Of a stretch of 64,000 nucleotides of DNA, positions 55,157-64,000 are shown piece after piece. Positions within the stretch are counted from its first letter, which is position 1. Every line of letters begins with the position of its first letter. The notes under the pieces were generated by a model that saw only the letters and a program-made list of their open reading frames with translations, was not told where the DNA came from and did no database searches. Location: assembly GCA_964473155.1 (NCBI GenBank), contig CAYYNT010000003.1, positions 69,839 through 133,838 on the forward strand, read 5' to 3'. Source of the DNA: an uncultured Gemmatimonadales bacterium (GTDB lineage Bacteria > Gemmatimonadota > Glassbacteria > GWA2-58-10). Made by a program: the position numbers and the translations under genes.

Positions 55157-56305
55157 CTACTGCATTTTCCAGGACAGCGTGAAAACATGGTTCTGGGTCA
55201 GACGGCCCCAGTCGCGGTAGGCGTAATCCACGGCCAAGCTGATGTCCTTGTAGATGCGGTAATCGATGCCGCCGCCTGCGCTTAAACCGCGCATCTGATC
55301 TGAACCATCCAATCCCACCTCATCACGCTCGATGCTCCAACCCCAGCGCAACGCGCCGGAGAAACGGGAACTCAGCGTGCGGGCCAGCTCGGTGCCGAAG
55401 GCGAAAGAAGTCGGCATGTAGTTATTCTCCGAGAACTGACCCGCAACAGTCCAGCGCATGTCGCTGTCGCTGTAAACATCCATGGCTATGCCGGCCATGA
55501 AACTGACCGGCAGGCTGAAACGCGAAGTGGAGTAATAGGCGTTACGGTTGTCACGGTCGAACAGCCGGTTGCCTGCCCCGTCCATCAATCGATCGCTGTA
55601 AAGCTCCTGGGGATCGGTCTGGATGAACAGGTTTTCCCCGAACAGACGGACATTGCTGCCCAGGTTTGAGATGACAAACGAAACCCGGATCGGCTTCTCG
55701 AAAAGGTTGGTGTGATAATTCGTACCCATGTCGAAAGCGATGGCATTGCCGCTCATCTGGTATATCGACTCGCGCACGCCCTTGACATTGAAACCGGCTG
55801 AAAAACGGTCACTGAAATTGAACGAGACCGTGGCCCCGTACTGCAGGCTGTAACCATCGTAGAATGCCCCGGTTCCGTCCGGCGATTCGATGGTGGTTAT
55901 TTCCTCCTCGGCGATGTTCAGAATGCCGAAAAACCCGCCCAGCACCAGACGGCCATCCAGGAAAGGCATGGCGCCGGCTGTGTAATCAAGCGAAAAATCG
56001 AGCGGCATGTCCACATGGTTGAAAAACACCTGCGGCCCCTCGATAAATGCCACTCCGGCCGGGTTCCAGTAGATCGCTGAAATGTCATCCGCCTGGGCCG
56101 CGAACGCGCCGCCCATCGCAATGCCCCTGGCGCCGACCGGCAGAGTCAGAAACTCGGCCGCGCGGTTGCCGACACTCGAAAAGTCAGCCACCCGTCCGCG
56201 CAGCGGGTTGGTGATCGATGACCCGCTGCCGGCGTACAGAGCCGCCGGTAGGACGAGGGCCGCCACCAGGCTGAGGATATAGCCTTTATTTATGTTAAAT
56301 CGCAT
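55157..56305 (-). CDS. PorV/LptO-like outer-membrane beta-barrel protein (paralog 2)
   Basis: Start taken at MRFNINK (GGAGGAG RBS). Signal peptide, then GARGIAMGGAFAAQADDISAIYWNPAGVA. About 383 aa, the size of PorV. 50 nt downstream of the 1191-aa CTD protein. Confidence 0.6.
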   Translation of the reverse strand: MRFNINKGYILSLVAALVLPAALYAGSGSSITNPLRGRVADFSSVGNRAAEFLTLPVGARGIAMGGAFAAQADDISAIYWNPAGVAFIEGPQVFFNHVDMPLDFSLDYTAGAMPFLDGRLVLGGFFGILNIAEEEITTIESPDGTGAFYDGYSLQYGATVSFNFSDRFSAGFNVKGVRESIYQMSGNAIAFDMGTNYHTNLFEKPIRVSFVISNLGSNVRLFGENLFIQTDPQELYSDRLMDGAGNRLFDRDNRNAYYSTSRFSLPVSFMAGIAMDVYSDSDMRWTVAGQFSENNYMPTSFAFGTELARTLSSRFSGALRWGWSIERDEVGLDGSDQMRGLSAGGGIDYRIYKDISLAVDYAYRDWGRLTQNHVFTLSWKMQ

Positions 56306-56355
56306 CTTCTCCTCCATCATGCTGGCAATTTACAGTCCGTACCTGCCGGACGGGC

Positions 56356-59300
56356 TCAGTGGATAATCGCGAACTTGCCCATGTGTTTCAAGCCAGTTTC
56401 ATGATCCTCAACATGGTAGATGTAGTACCCGCTGGCGATCTTCTGGTTGAAACGGGAGCGTATATTCCAGATTGCATCCCCGGTGCCGTCATTATGCTCG
56501 ATAATATCGACCAGATGGCCGGCCACCGTATAAATCCGGATTGTACAATCACCGGGCAGGTTCGTGAAATGCAGTTCCACATCGGAAGTCGTCAGGTCCA
56601 GCGGACTGGAGGCGACGTAAGGATTCGGCACTACCTTGATGCGTTTCAGGTCCCGCGCGGCGAGGTTCAGCGTGTCCGGCTTGAGCGAAACCAGCCAGCG
56701 GCTGCCCGCCACGGGCTTGCGATGCCCGTACTCAAAAGCTCCGGGGAAGCTGGAGCCGCCACGGAATGGATTCTGAGTGGCGCCCACTCCCTGACGCATC
56801 CTGATTTTCCAGACATCACCGGCCGCGGGCGGAGTGGTGATTCCGTTGATCTGGAACATGATGCCGCAGACATACAGGTCGAGGTCCTGGGTTCCGGTGA
56901 AATCAGCGACTCTATCCCCCATCTCGTCGATCACTTCTCCGGACTCGGGATCCGTGATCTCTCGTCCAGCCTCATCGAAATCAGAGGGCTTGATCGCCTG
57001 ACTCAGCTTGCTCACCAGATAGAGGTTGCGGCGGATACCGTCATCCACGGCATAGGGCTTCTTGCTCCCATCGGCCAGGGTGACTTCCTGGGCGATCAGG
57101 TCGGCGCCGGAATTCACGCTGCCGAAAAACACGTCGAACATCTCATGCGCTGTCTGGTGGTCGATCTGGATATCCAGCGCGGTCCTGTCTTTCGGTACGA
57201 ATCCCCAGCCGTCATTAGGCAACTGGTTGAAACGCACCGGGACCTTGTTGGACAGGTCGTAGACTTCCAGGGTCAGGTCGCCGCCGCCGGCGTCCACCCA
57301 TTTGACCTCGATGTCGGCAGTGCGTGTGCCGGCATAAATATGCCCTATATTGCGGGCATTGGCTAACATCGACATGGCTTCCATTTCCATGTCGCCGTAA
57401 TCGTAAGCGTACGACAGGAAGCCGTAGTTGTAGAAGAAATAATTAGTGATTTCAGTGCGCTGACGGCCATGGCGGATGTTCTCATAAGCCATGCGCCCGG
57501 CCACCTGTATCGGCTGGCAGACAAATCCGTTCCATTCATCGGCCCAGAGGGAGAAATCAATTCCCGCCACGATATTGCCGTTGACCTTGACCGGGATCGA
57601 ACCCTCAAGTTCTACACTGACGCCCCAGGGATCATATTTGCCCATGGTGCTGATCATGGTCGAGCCGATCACGCTGTGGCTGCCGTCCTCTATATGAATG
57701 TGAGCATCCCACTGCGCATCGTGATAAAATCCCATCGCGGGATCGAAATCCTCAGGTGTGTTCACCACGCTGTCAACTACGAAATACAAGTTCTTCGGCA
57801 GAAGAGACGGGTCGCCGTTGGCAATGGTTATATTGTTGATCGACAGCCCGTTTGTCGCCGCCGGCTGCACGGCTCCAGCCTCAAGCATGCCACTGGCATC
57901 CAGGTTGATCGTGCCAGCCTCGTCAATCTCCGAACCGTCAGGATAAATCTGGCTGGTACCCTGCACGCTGGCCGGAATATAACCATTGGCCGAGGTGCGT
58001 GGAATGCCCTCACGCGTATTGTTCCCGTTGTTGTCCAGCGAAATCAGTTGCAAACCCGATTCCAGGGATTCCTGGCCGGTGTTGGTCGGCTGGTAGTCGA
58101 AAGCCGTGACCGAATAATAGTAGCGGACTCCATTGAATAACCCGGTCCGGTTGCTCAGGCCCTGGCCCTGATCCACGAAAAGGTATTTCAGGCCGGTGTC
58201 CTTGACATCGTCATCGCCCTTGAAACCGGCATCGAACGGATCGAATGTGGTGCTCGGAAAATCCGGGACCCCGTCACCATTGACATCCGCACCCTGCTGT
58301 GTGACATAAGACGCTGAAGACGTTGTGACTCCATCGGCTTTGTCGAACTGCGCCACCAGGACCGCATTCTTGGAATCCGAGGTCAGGGAACGGTAGACCC
58401 TGTAGCCCTGGAAATCATACTGCAGGTAATCCGGGTTGTAGGTAGCCGCCGGTGTGCCGTCCGGGTTGGTCGGAATCTGGCTGACTGGATAGAAAGGATC
58501 GGGAGTTCTTTCAGCGATGTCATCCCAGGTCACCACTATAGAACCGTCGCGCTCGATCAGCCGCATGTTCGGGCTGACCGGCGGAGCGGGCAGGTTGAAA
58601 TTCGTGTCGAAGGTGTTCTGCACGGTCTGGGCCAGACCGATCAGAGGCTTCAGCTCGCCCTCGAACGTAATGTCATCTACGTTTGGCGGGTTGCGCAGAG
58701 GCTCGGAAAGGAAATAAGCTACTTCAACCTTCTGGAATTTCCCGTCCGCCGGGAGATCGAACGGCCCGGTGAGCAGACGGGCGCGAAGGTCATCCTGGAA
58801 ATCCGAGATAATCAGGTCCGCATTCGGGTCCCACTGCGGCTCGGTCACCTCGCCCGGAGCATTGATCATGATCCGGTACGCCTCGGCGTCGGTGTTCGGG
58901 TCCTCACGCGGGCCGCCGCGGTTGGTGGTGATGGTGAATCCGGTCAGGCCGATACGGTTGGCCTCGCCTTCCTCATCCACCGAGCCGTTGCCGTCGTTGT
59001 CGATTCCGTCTGGCGGACGGCCTACCTGGGTTGGGCTGTCCAGGAATTTGATACTGAAAAAGCCAACCGGATTGGTAAAATTGGCTTCCGAAAAATCACT
59101 GTCCCAGTAGATCGACATGTTGAACTTGGGTGAAACGCCGGCTCGGTCATCAGTCGCCTCGCCGATGTCGAAATCGGTGTTGACGCCTGCGAGCATGTCC
59201 TTGATGAGGTAAGGCCCGGCAACATCCACCGAACCGTCGCCGTTGACATCCTCGTTGACATACTCGGTGGCGTTCCTGAAACGCCATTCGACATACATGA

Positions 59301-59931
59301 TATCTTTCTGCGAGGTCACCGAGAACAGCTTGACCCGCTGGAAAGTCTCCACTCCAAGACGGTAAGCTCCGGCCGCGGGATTGACCGGCCCGCCGATATC
59401 AGTGTAGAAAGTGACTATATCCTGCTGTCCGTACACCTTTGGCTCGCCGTTTTCATCGCAGAATTCGGCCGGCCATGCCGCCAGGTCGGCCGCCACAGTG
59501 CTGGAATACAGACGGTTGGCGGGATCATCCTGGCTGTTCGAGGCTCTACCCTCACGCCATTCCTCATCATATACTGCTTCTGTTTCCACCGTGTCCTGGA
59601 ATATGCCGTCACCGTCGGAATCAAAAATGCCGGCCACGTGCAGACCTGACTGAAACACGTACTGATCCGTACGGGCACGCCAGAATCCGCCGCCTGTCGT
59701 GGAACTGCCTCCGGGATCCTTGCCCAGATTGCCCCGGTTGTCCAATCCGAAAATGATACTATTTGTAGTCGTAAACATCCGGCTGATGACGGATAAATCC
59801 GTATCGCCCGAACGTTTGGCCTTACCGGTGTCACCCGGCTTCCTTGCGCCGGCCATCTGCGGCAGCGCCAGAGACAGAACGACCGTCGCGAGGGCGATCG
59901 TTCTGAGGATTCTGCTGAAACCTTTCTGCAT
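56356..59931 (-). CDS. large secreted protein (1191 aa) with a T9SS C-terminal sorting domain; function unknown
   Basis: Signal peptide. Asp-rich Ca-binding-like DGIDNDGNGSVDEEGE. C-terminus KVVPNPY...CTIRIYTVAGHLV...ASGYYIYHV...GKFAIIH matches the T9SS CTD. Confidence 0.7.
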   Translation of the reverse strand: MQKGFSRILRTIALATVVLSLALPQMAGARKPGDTGKAKRSGDTDLSVISRMFTTTNSIIFGLDNRGNLGKDPGGSSTTGGGFWRARTDQYVFQSGLHVAGIFDSDGDGIFQDTVETEAVYDEEWREGRASNSQDDPANRLYSSTVAADLAAWPAEFCDENGEPKVYGQQDIVTFYTDIGGPVNPAAGAYRLGVETFQRVKLFSVTSQKDIMYVEWRFRNATEYVNEDVNGDGSVDVAGPYLIKDMLAGVNTDFDIGEATDDRAGVSPKFNMSIYWDSDFSEANFTNPVGFFSIKFLDSPTQVGRPPDGIDNDGNGSVDEEGEANRIGLTGFTITTNRGGPREDPNTDAEAYRIMINAPGEVTEPQWDPNADLIISDFQDDLRARLLTGPFDLPADGKFQKVEVAYFLSEPLRNPPNVDDITFEGELKPLIGLAQTVQNTFDTNFNLPAPPVSPNMRLIERDGSIVVTWDDIAERTPDPFYPVSQIPTNPDGTPAATYNPDYLQYDFQGYRVYRSLTSDSKNAVLVAQFDKADGVTTSSASYVTQQGADVNGDGVPDFPSTTFDPFDAGFKGDDDVKDTGLKYLFVDQGQGLSNRTGLFNGVRYYYSVTAFDYQPTNTGQESLESGLQLISLDNNGNNTREGIPRTSANGYIPASVQGTSQIYPDGSEIDEAGTINLDASGMLEAGAVQPAATNGLSINNITIANGDPSLLPKNLYFVVDSVVNTPEDFDPAMGFYHDAQWDAHIHIEDGSHSVIGSTMISTMGKYDPWGVSVELEGSIPVKVNGNIVAGIDFSLWADEWNGFVCQPIQVAGRMAYENIRHGRQRTEITNYFFYNYGFLSYAYDYGDMEMEAMSMLANARNIGHIYAGTRTADIEVKWVDAGGGDLTLEVYDLSNKVPVRFNQLPNDGWGFVPKDRTALDIQIDHQTAHEMFDVFFGSVNSGADLIAQEVTLADGSKKPYAVDDGIRRNLYLVSKLSQAIKPSDFDEAGREITDPESGEVIDEMGDRVADFTGTQDLDLYVCGIMFQINGITTPPAAGDVWKIRMRQGVGATQNPFRGGSSFPGAFEYGHRKPVAGSRWLVSLKPDTLNLAARDLKRIKVVPNPYVASSPLDLTTSDVELHFTNLPGDCTIRIYTVAGHLVDIIEHNDGTGDAIWNIRSRFNQKIASGYYIYHVEDHETGLKHMGKFAIIH

Positions 59932-60034
59932 TGAGTTCTCCTTTGGCTGATCCTGATCTCTAATTCAGGTTTATGCCATCAGCAACCTGGCAGCCCGGGA
60001 ACGGTCGTCGCCGTCACCGGGAGAATCTCGATTA

Positions 60035-63000
60035 TTAGAAGTTATACTCGATTCCCAGACGGACCTCACGCGGATTGAGCCAGAAAAGCGGATCCATGTC
60101 CTGGGCGCGCCCCTTGGCATACGAAGCCGCCGCGGCCTCAGACTTGGTAACGTATCCATCCTTGTTTATATCGCGGATCATCTGGGCTTCGTTCGTTACA
60201 GTTACAGCCTGCGAGCTGGGGAGGAGTTCTCCCAGGAAATACTTGTCCACACCCACCTGACCCGTGGTCGGGTCAATGCCCTGTTGACCGTAATTCACGC
60301 TTTCGAACAGGTTCATGATCGTCGCAAACAACGTGATACGGTCCTTACCCAGATTGAAAGACTTGTTCAACCGCAGGTCGGCGCAGAAATAACCCGGCAT
60401 GCGGGCGCTGTTCGCCGTGGTGATGAAGTTGCCCTGTTCGTCCACGGGAGTGTAGGGTGCGCCTGAATTGTAGGTCACGTCAAAATAGGCGCCGAAATCT
60501 CGCAGGACTTTGCCCAGTGTCGTGCCTTTCTGGAAATCATCCGGGAACAGCACGTTGAACATGACATTGACCTGATGGGTGCGGTCATTGTCTGTCGGCG
60601 CCGGGTCTGACGGAGGCGGCGGGCTCTGGTTGGTGAACGGGTCGAGCTGACGGGCCAGGGTGCGAACATACTCCTGCGGATCGCTCTGGGTCGAACGGGC
60701 GAACATAAGTGAGTATGTGGTGCGCAACCCGAAATACCTGGAATAACGTTTGTCCAGGGTCAGGTCGAAGCCGCGCACGTTCCCGTTATCCTGGTTCGAG
60801 GCGACCTGAAGGTTGCCCTGACCGCGTATGACATAATTAGGATCAACCAGCGCCAGACGGCGAAGATCATCGGCCGTGGCCAGGCGCAAGCCGAAATTGC
60901 CGCGAATTTCACGGTTGTAACCCACGAAATCAAGGACCATGTCCTCAGTCAGAAGCGTGGTGAAACCGGCCTCGAACTGAATGGTCTGTCCCATGTCCAG
61001 CCAGCCGTTGCCGAAATTCTGGTTCGGGTTGGACAGCGCATCGGTGGCAAAGTCGCGCTCGACCATCGCATACATCAGTTCGAACGGCGGGGTCTGATAG
61101 AAATGCCCGTAAGACAGACGCACCTGGGTGCGATCCGTGATCGGATGAGCCACTCCGATTCGCGGGCTGAAATGGCCGACCGGTTCGGGAACCTCGGTGA
61201 CATCGTTGAAATCAGGATTGTTCTGGCCGACGATTATCGGGAACGCCTTGTTCACGTTAAAACGGTCATAACGCACGCCCACGTCGATGACCAGGTCTCC
61301 GAAATCCAGACGGTCCTGGGCATAGACGCCCAGAAGGCGCGGTTTGGCCCTGTACTGATCATCCGTGAATTCACCGTAGTAGAAACGGGTGACCTCAGTC
61401 ACATCCCACCAGTAGTTCTCGAACCCGATCTTTACACGGTTATAACGGTCAAGCTGGCTGTCCATGTCGAGCTTCAGGCCGAGACGTTTTTCCGTGTCAT
61501 TGCGTAATGGCAGGGACATTCCGTTGTTGACGAACTGTCGCGGGTACATGCGGTCACCGCGCTCGCCCTTGCGGCTGGGAGTCGTGGCGCCGAAAATATT
61601 GCTCGCCGTAACCTGGTCGGTCGGCCAGTGGTAGGTGCGGTCGAGGTCGGCATGCGTGGCATCCGGCTCGATAGGGTCGTTGGCAAACCCGTCGGACGAT
61701 ATAGCCGAATACAGCATGTAGCGGTTGAGTTCATCCTCGTTGTAGAAACCTATGCTGCTGCCCACGCCCATGAACGTGTTCCGGTCGACAAACTCCTGCA
61801 GCAGAAGGCCGCCATCCAAGTCGTTTTTGAAATAAGACAACCGCAACTGGCTGTTGATCGAGCGGTTGCTGTCGCGGAAGAAAGTCCAGTCCAGCCCTGC
61901 CATTCCCATTTCAGTTGTCAGACGCTGGGCCTGGTTGTTGCGGTACGAGTTGTTGAACAGATAGGAATGATCGTAGTATTGACGCTGGTCACGGCTGCGA
62001 TGGTAAACTCCGATGAATTTCATCCAGTCAGTGGCCGTGTAGGTGGATTTAAAGGACGTCGTGTAAAGGTCCTTCCAGTTGCCGGGCAGTCTCACCGGGT
62101 TGCTGTTGGAATACGGACCGGAGTACAACGGATTCTTTACTGCCACTCCCCTGGCGAACGCAGAAGCGATGGCGTCCGGAGAAGTCGTGGCCTTGCCGTC
62201 CTCATCGAATGTCCACAGGTTGCCGGTAGTCGGATCGATCTGTATGATCGGCTGAGCCCCGGACCTGAGCGTTCCATCGGAGGTTACATCCGCCGGATCG
62301 GCGATAACCTGAGGCTGGGTCAGAAGACGGAACGCCAGACCGTCTTCGCGGCTGAATCCGCGGGTATAGGTCCCATCCTCATTTACCACTCCGTAACCGA
62401 GGTCCGGAGACTTGGTGACTCTGCTATACTCGGCAAAAGAGTTGACTGTCAGAGGGTCAGTTGCATCGTCTCTGTCCGCCACTCCATCGCTGACAACTCC
62501 GATAGAACCGAGGTCGCGGTTCAAGGAATTGATGAAACTCTGGGTCACCCCGCGGAATCCACCCTTGTCTCCGCTGAGGCGCGGGGTGGCATCCGCCATG
62601 CCGCGCATCATCCCGGAAACGAAGAAATTCAGCTTGTCACCGTACAACGGTCCGCCGATACTGCCTTCCAGATTGTTGTATCCATAATCCATCGTGCGCG
62701 GATTGGCCTGATCGGTGATATAGCGCAGGCTCCCCATTATCTGGGTCCCGCCTTCCTTGGTAACGATATTGATCATGCCGGACTGGGCGTTGCCGTATTC
62801 GGCCTGGAAGCCTCCGGTGATCAGGTTCACTTCCTCGATCGCGTCTCCCGAAACAACCAGGGGGTTGATGACGCCGCCGGCATCCGTGTCGACTCCGCCG
62901 CGATCCTCCGTGCCCTGCTGTTCGTTCTGGGCCTTGACCAGCACTCCGTCAACGTACATCGCCTCCTCACCCTCGCGTCCGCCGCGCAGTGAGAAATTGC

Positions 63001-63496
63001 CTGAATAGTCAACCACCACGCCGGCCTGGAGGTTCATTACATCCTCGATCTGCGTGGCCGGCATTCTATCCAGATCCTCGGCCCTGAGATTCTGACGGGT
63101 CTGGACATTGTCGCGCGCGACCAGTGGATCGCTCTCGCCCTCGATAACGATCGCTTCCAGACCGATCACCTGGGAGGAAAGCTCCGCGTTCACAGTAATG
63201 GTGTTGCCAGCCGGAACGCGGACATCCACCACTTCCACCGGTTTGTAACCGGTGAATGTGAATTTAACTGAGCGATTGCCCACCGGAACGTTCAGAATAA
63301 AATAGTAACCGTCCTGGTTCGTCACATTACCAAGGCGTGTCCCCATAACGGTCACCTGCACGCCGGGCATGGCGTTGCCTGTGTCCTTGTCCCTGACCAC
63401 GCCCTCCAGCTTGCCCGTAGTCTGTGCAAAAGACTGCGCGGCAAAAAACATCAGGGTCAGGCTTGTCAGCAAAAGCAGCTTACATAGTTTGTGCAT
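60035..63496 (-). CDS. TonB-dependent outer-membrane receptor with an N-terminal carboxypeptidase-regulatory-like domain
   Basis: Signal peptide; CarbopepD_reg-like GKLEGVVRDKDTGNAMPGVQV; plug domain; long barrel ending ...RLGIEYNF. Confidence 0.85.
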   Translation of the reverse strand: MHKLCKLLLLTSLTLMFFAAQSFAQTTGKLEGVVRDKDTGNAMPGVQVTVMGTRLGNVTNQDGYYFILNVPVGNRSVKFTFTGYKPVEVVDVRVPAGNTITVNAELSSQVIGLEAIVIEGESDPLVARDNVQTRQNLRAEDLDRMPATQIEDVMNLQAGVVVDYSGNFSLRGGREGEEAMYVDGVLVKAQNEQQGTEDRGGVDTDAGGVINPLVVSGDAIEEVNLITGGFQAEYGNAQSGMINIVTKEGGTQIMGSLRYITDQANPRTMDYGYNNLEGSIGGPLYGDKLNFFVSGMMRGMADATPRLSGDKGGFRGVTQSFINSLNRDLGSIGVVSDGVADRDDATDPLTVNSFAEYSRVTKSPDLGYGVVNEDGTYTRGFSREDGLAFRLLTQPQVIADPADVTSDGTLRSGAQPIIQIDPTTGNLWTFDEDGKATTSPDAIASAFARGVAVKNPLYSGPYSNSNPVRLPGNWKDLYTTSFKSTYTATDWMKFIGVYHRSRDQRQYYDHSYLFNNSYRNNQAQRLTTEMGMAGLDWTFFRDSNRSINSQLRLSYFKNDLDGGLLLQEFVDRNTFMGVGSSIGFYNEDELNRYMLYSAISSDGFANDPIEPDATHADLDRTYHWPTDQVTASNIFGATTPSRKGERGDRMYPRQFVNNGMSLPLRNDTEKRLGLKLDMDSQLDRYNRVKIGFENYWWDVTEVTRFYYGEFTDDQYRAKPRLLGVYAQDRLDFGDLVIDVGVRYDRFNVNKAFPIIVGQNNPDFNDVTEVPEPVGHFSPRIGVAHPITDRTQVRLSYGHFYQTPPFELMYAMVERDFATDALSNPNQNFGNGWLDMGQTIQFEAGFTTLLTEDMVLDFVGYNREIRGNFGLRLATADDLRRLALVDPNYVIRGQGNLQVASNQDNGNVRGFDLTLDKRYSRYFGLRTTYSLMFARSTQSDPQEYVRTLARQLDPFTNQSPPPPSDPAPTDNDRTHQVNVMFNVLFPDDFQKGTTLGKVLRDFGAYFDVTYNSGAPYTPVDEQGNFITTANSARMPGYFCADLRLNKSFNLGKDRITLFATIMNLFESVNYGQQGIDPTTGQVGVDKYFLGELLPSSQAVTVTNEAQMIRDINKDGYVTKSEAAAASYAKGRAQDMDPLFWLNPREVRLGIEYNF

Positions 63497-63630
63497 AGAA
63501 CTCTCCTGTCGTTAAAGTAAGAGTGCTCTACTCGATGAAAAACCGAGTTCACAACGATGTTATTTCATCCTCCCTCCTCTCCTAAGTGTATCTAAAATAA
63601 CGGATTGAATGGACGGCGATTATAAATTTT

Positions 63631-63661
63631 ATTATAACATCCGCGTAGTGTAACCTGTCAA
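63631..63661 (-). promoter_or_regulatory. candidate sigma70 promoter of the TBDR operon within an ATAAAT-rich region
   Basis: Minus strand TTGACA, 18-19 nt, TATAAT. The surrounding region has tandem ATAAAT-like repeats. Confidence 0.3.
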
Positions 63662-64000
63662 GATATAAATCAATATAAATTATAAATCCGCGTCGAACTC
63701 AGGACATTCTCATGAAAATGATATCAGAATGCCAAAATTCAGAGGGTTTTCAGGACTTAAGAATGGTTTTTCGGGCTGGATTTGAATACAGGGGGGAATT
63801 AAGATTTATTTTGTTTCTGCCTTTGAAAAATCGCCCAAACAAGTCTCTTCCCATCGCGATCCCCTGGGCTGACTATCAAGAGCGGTTTAAGTTGACATTT
63901 AAGTCCTACATAAAAATTAAATTGTTCGATTTTCAAACAAAAGTCAAGCTGATTTTTCAGCCGTCTTTTTGCGTGCTCTTCTCAAGAATCTCCCAGGCGT

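Noticed and set aside
63497-64000. Cobalamin riboswitch upstream of the TonB-dependent receptor
   Set aside because: I looked for a B12 box (AGYCMGGAAGACCKGCC-like). AGTCAGCCCAGGGGATCG only weakly resembles it, and the other riboswitch stems are not evident.

Overview
This 64-kb window is a chromosomal segment with high GC overall (about 60%) and a few lower-GC islands. I found no integrase, transposase, CRISPR array or phage genes. Ribosome-binding sites are Shine-Dalgarno type, for example AAGGAG before rpsA, cvpA and the HEAT-repeat lipoprotein gene. The protein families present (T9SS C-terminal domains with an NYPNPF box, a PorU-like C25 peptidase, PorV-like barrels, GWxTD, DUF1573) point to an SD-using member of the FCB radiation rather than Bacteroidetes proper. 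Housekeeping genes: the 3' end of an mqnC/mqnE-like radical SAM gene, an MTAP-family phosphorylase, purE, tsaC, an LMW-PTP, murA, prmC, leuS, tmRNA (ssrA, tag ANDNLALAA), cvpA, era, tRNA-Lys(CTT), rpsA, plsC, lnt, pyrF, fur, recD2, tpx, mutM and nifU-nifS. The cell-envelope content is more unusual: (1) era-trm112-PorU-like peptidase-PorV-like barrel; (2) a second operon of TonB-dependent receptor, 1191-aa T9SS-CTD protein and PorV-like paralog; (3) a lower-GC pair of an orphan MotB-like protein and a 4-TM double zinc-ribbon protein; (4) a lower-GC bactofilin module; (5) a GT2/YfhO-type lipid-linked glycosylation module with a methyltransferase and a periplasmic-binding-fold protein downstream of rpsA; (6) a DUF4159/DUF4175-like pair; (7) an O2-detoxification operon (cytochrome-b5-like/DUF2231 fusion, duplicated ferritin-like diiron protein, flavodiiron protein). 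Many long ORFs in the six-frame track are antisense shadows of real genes and were rejected.
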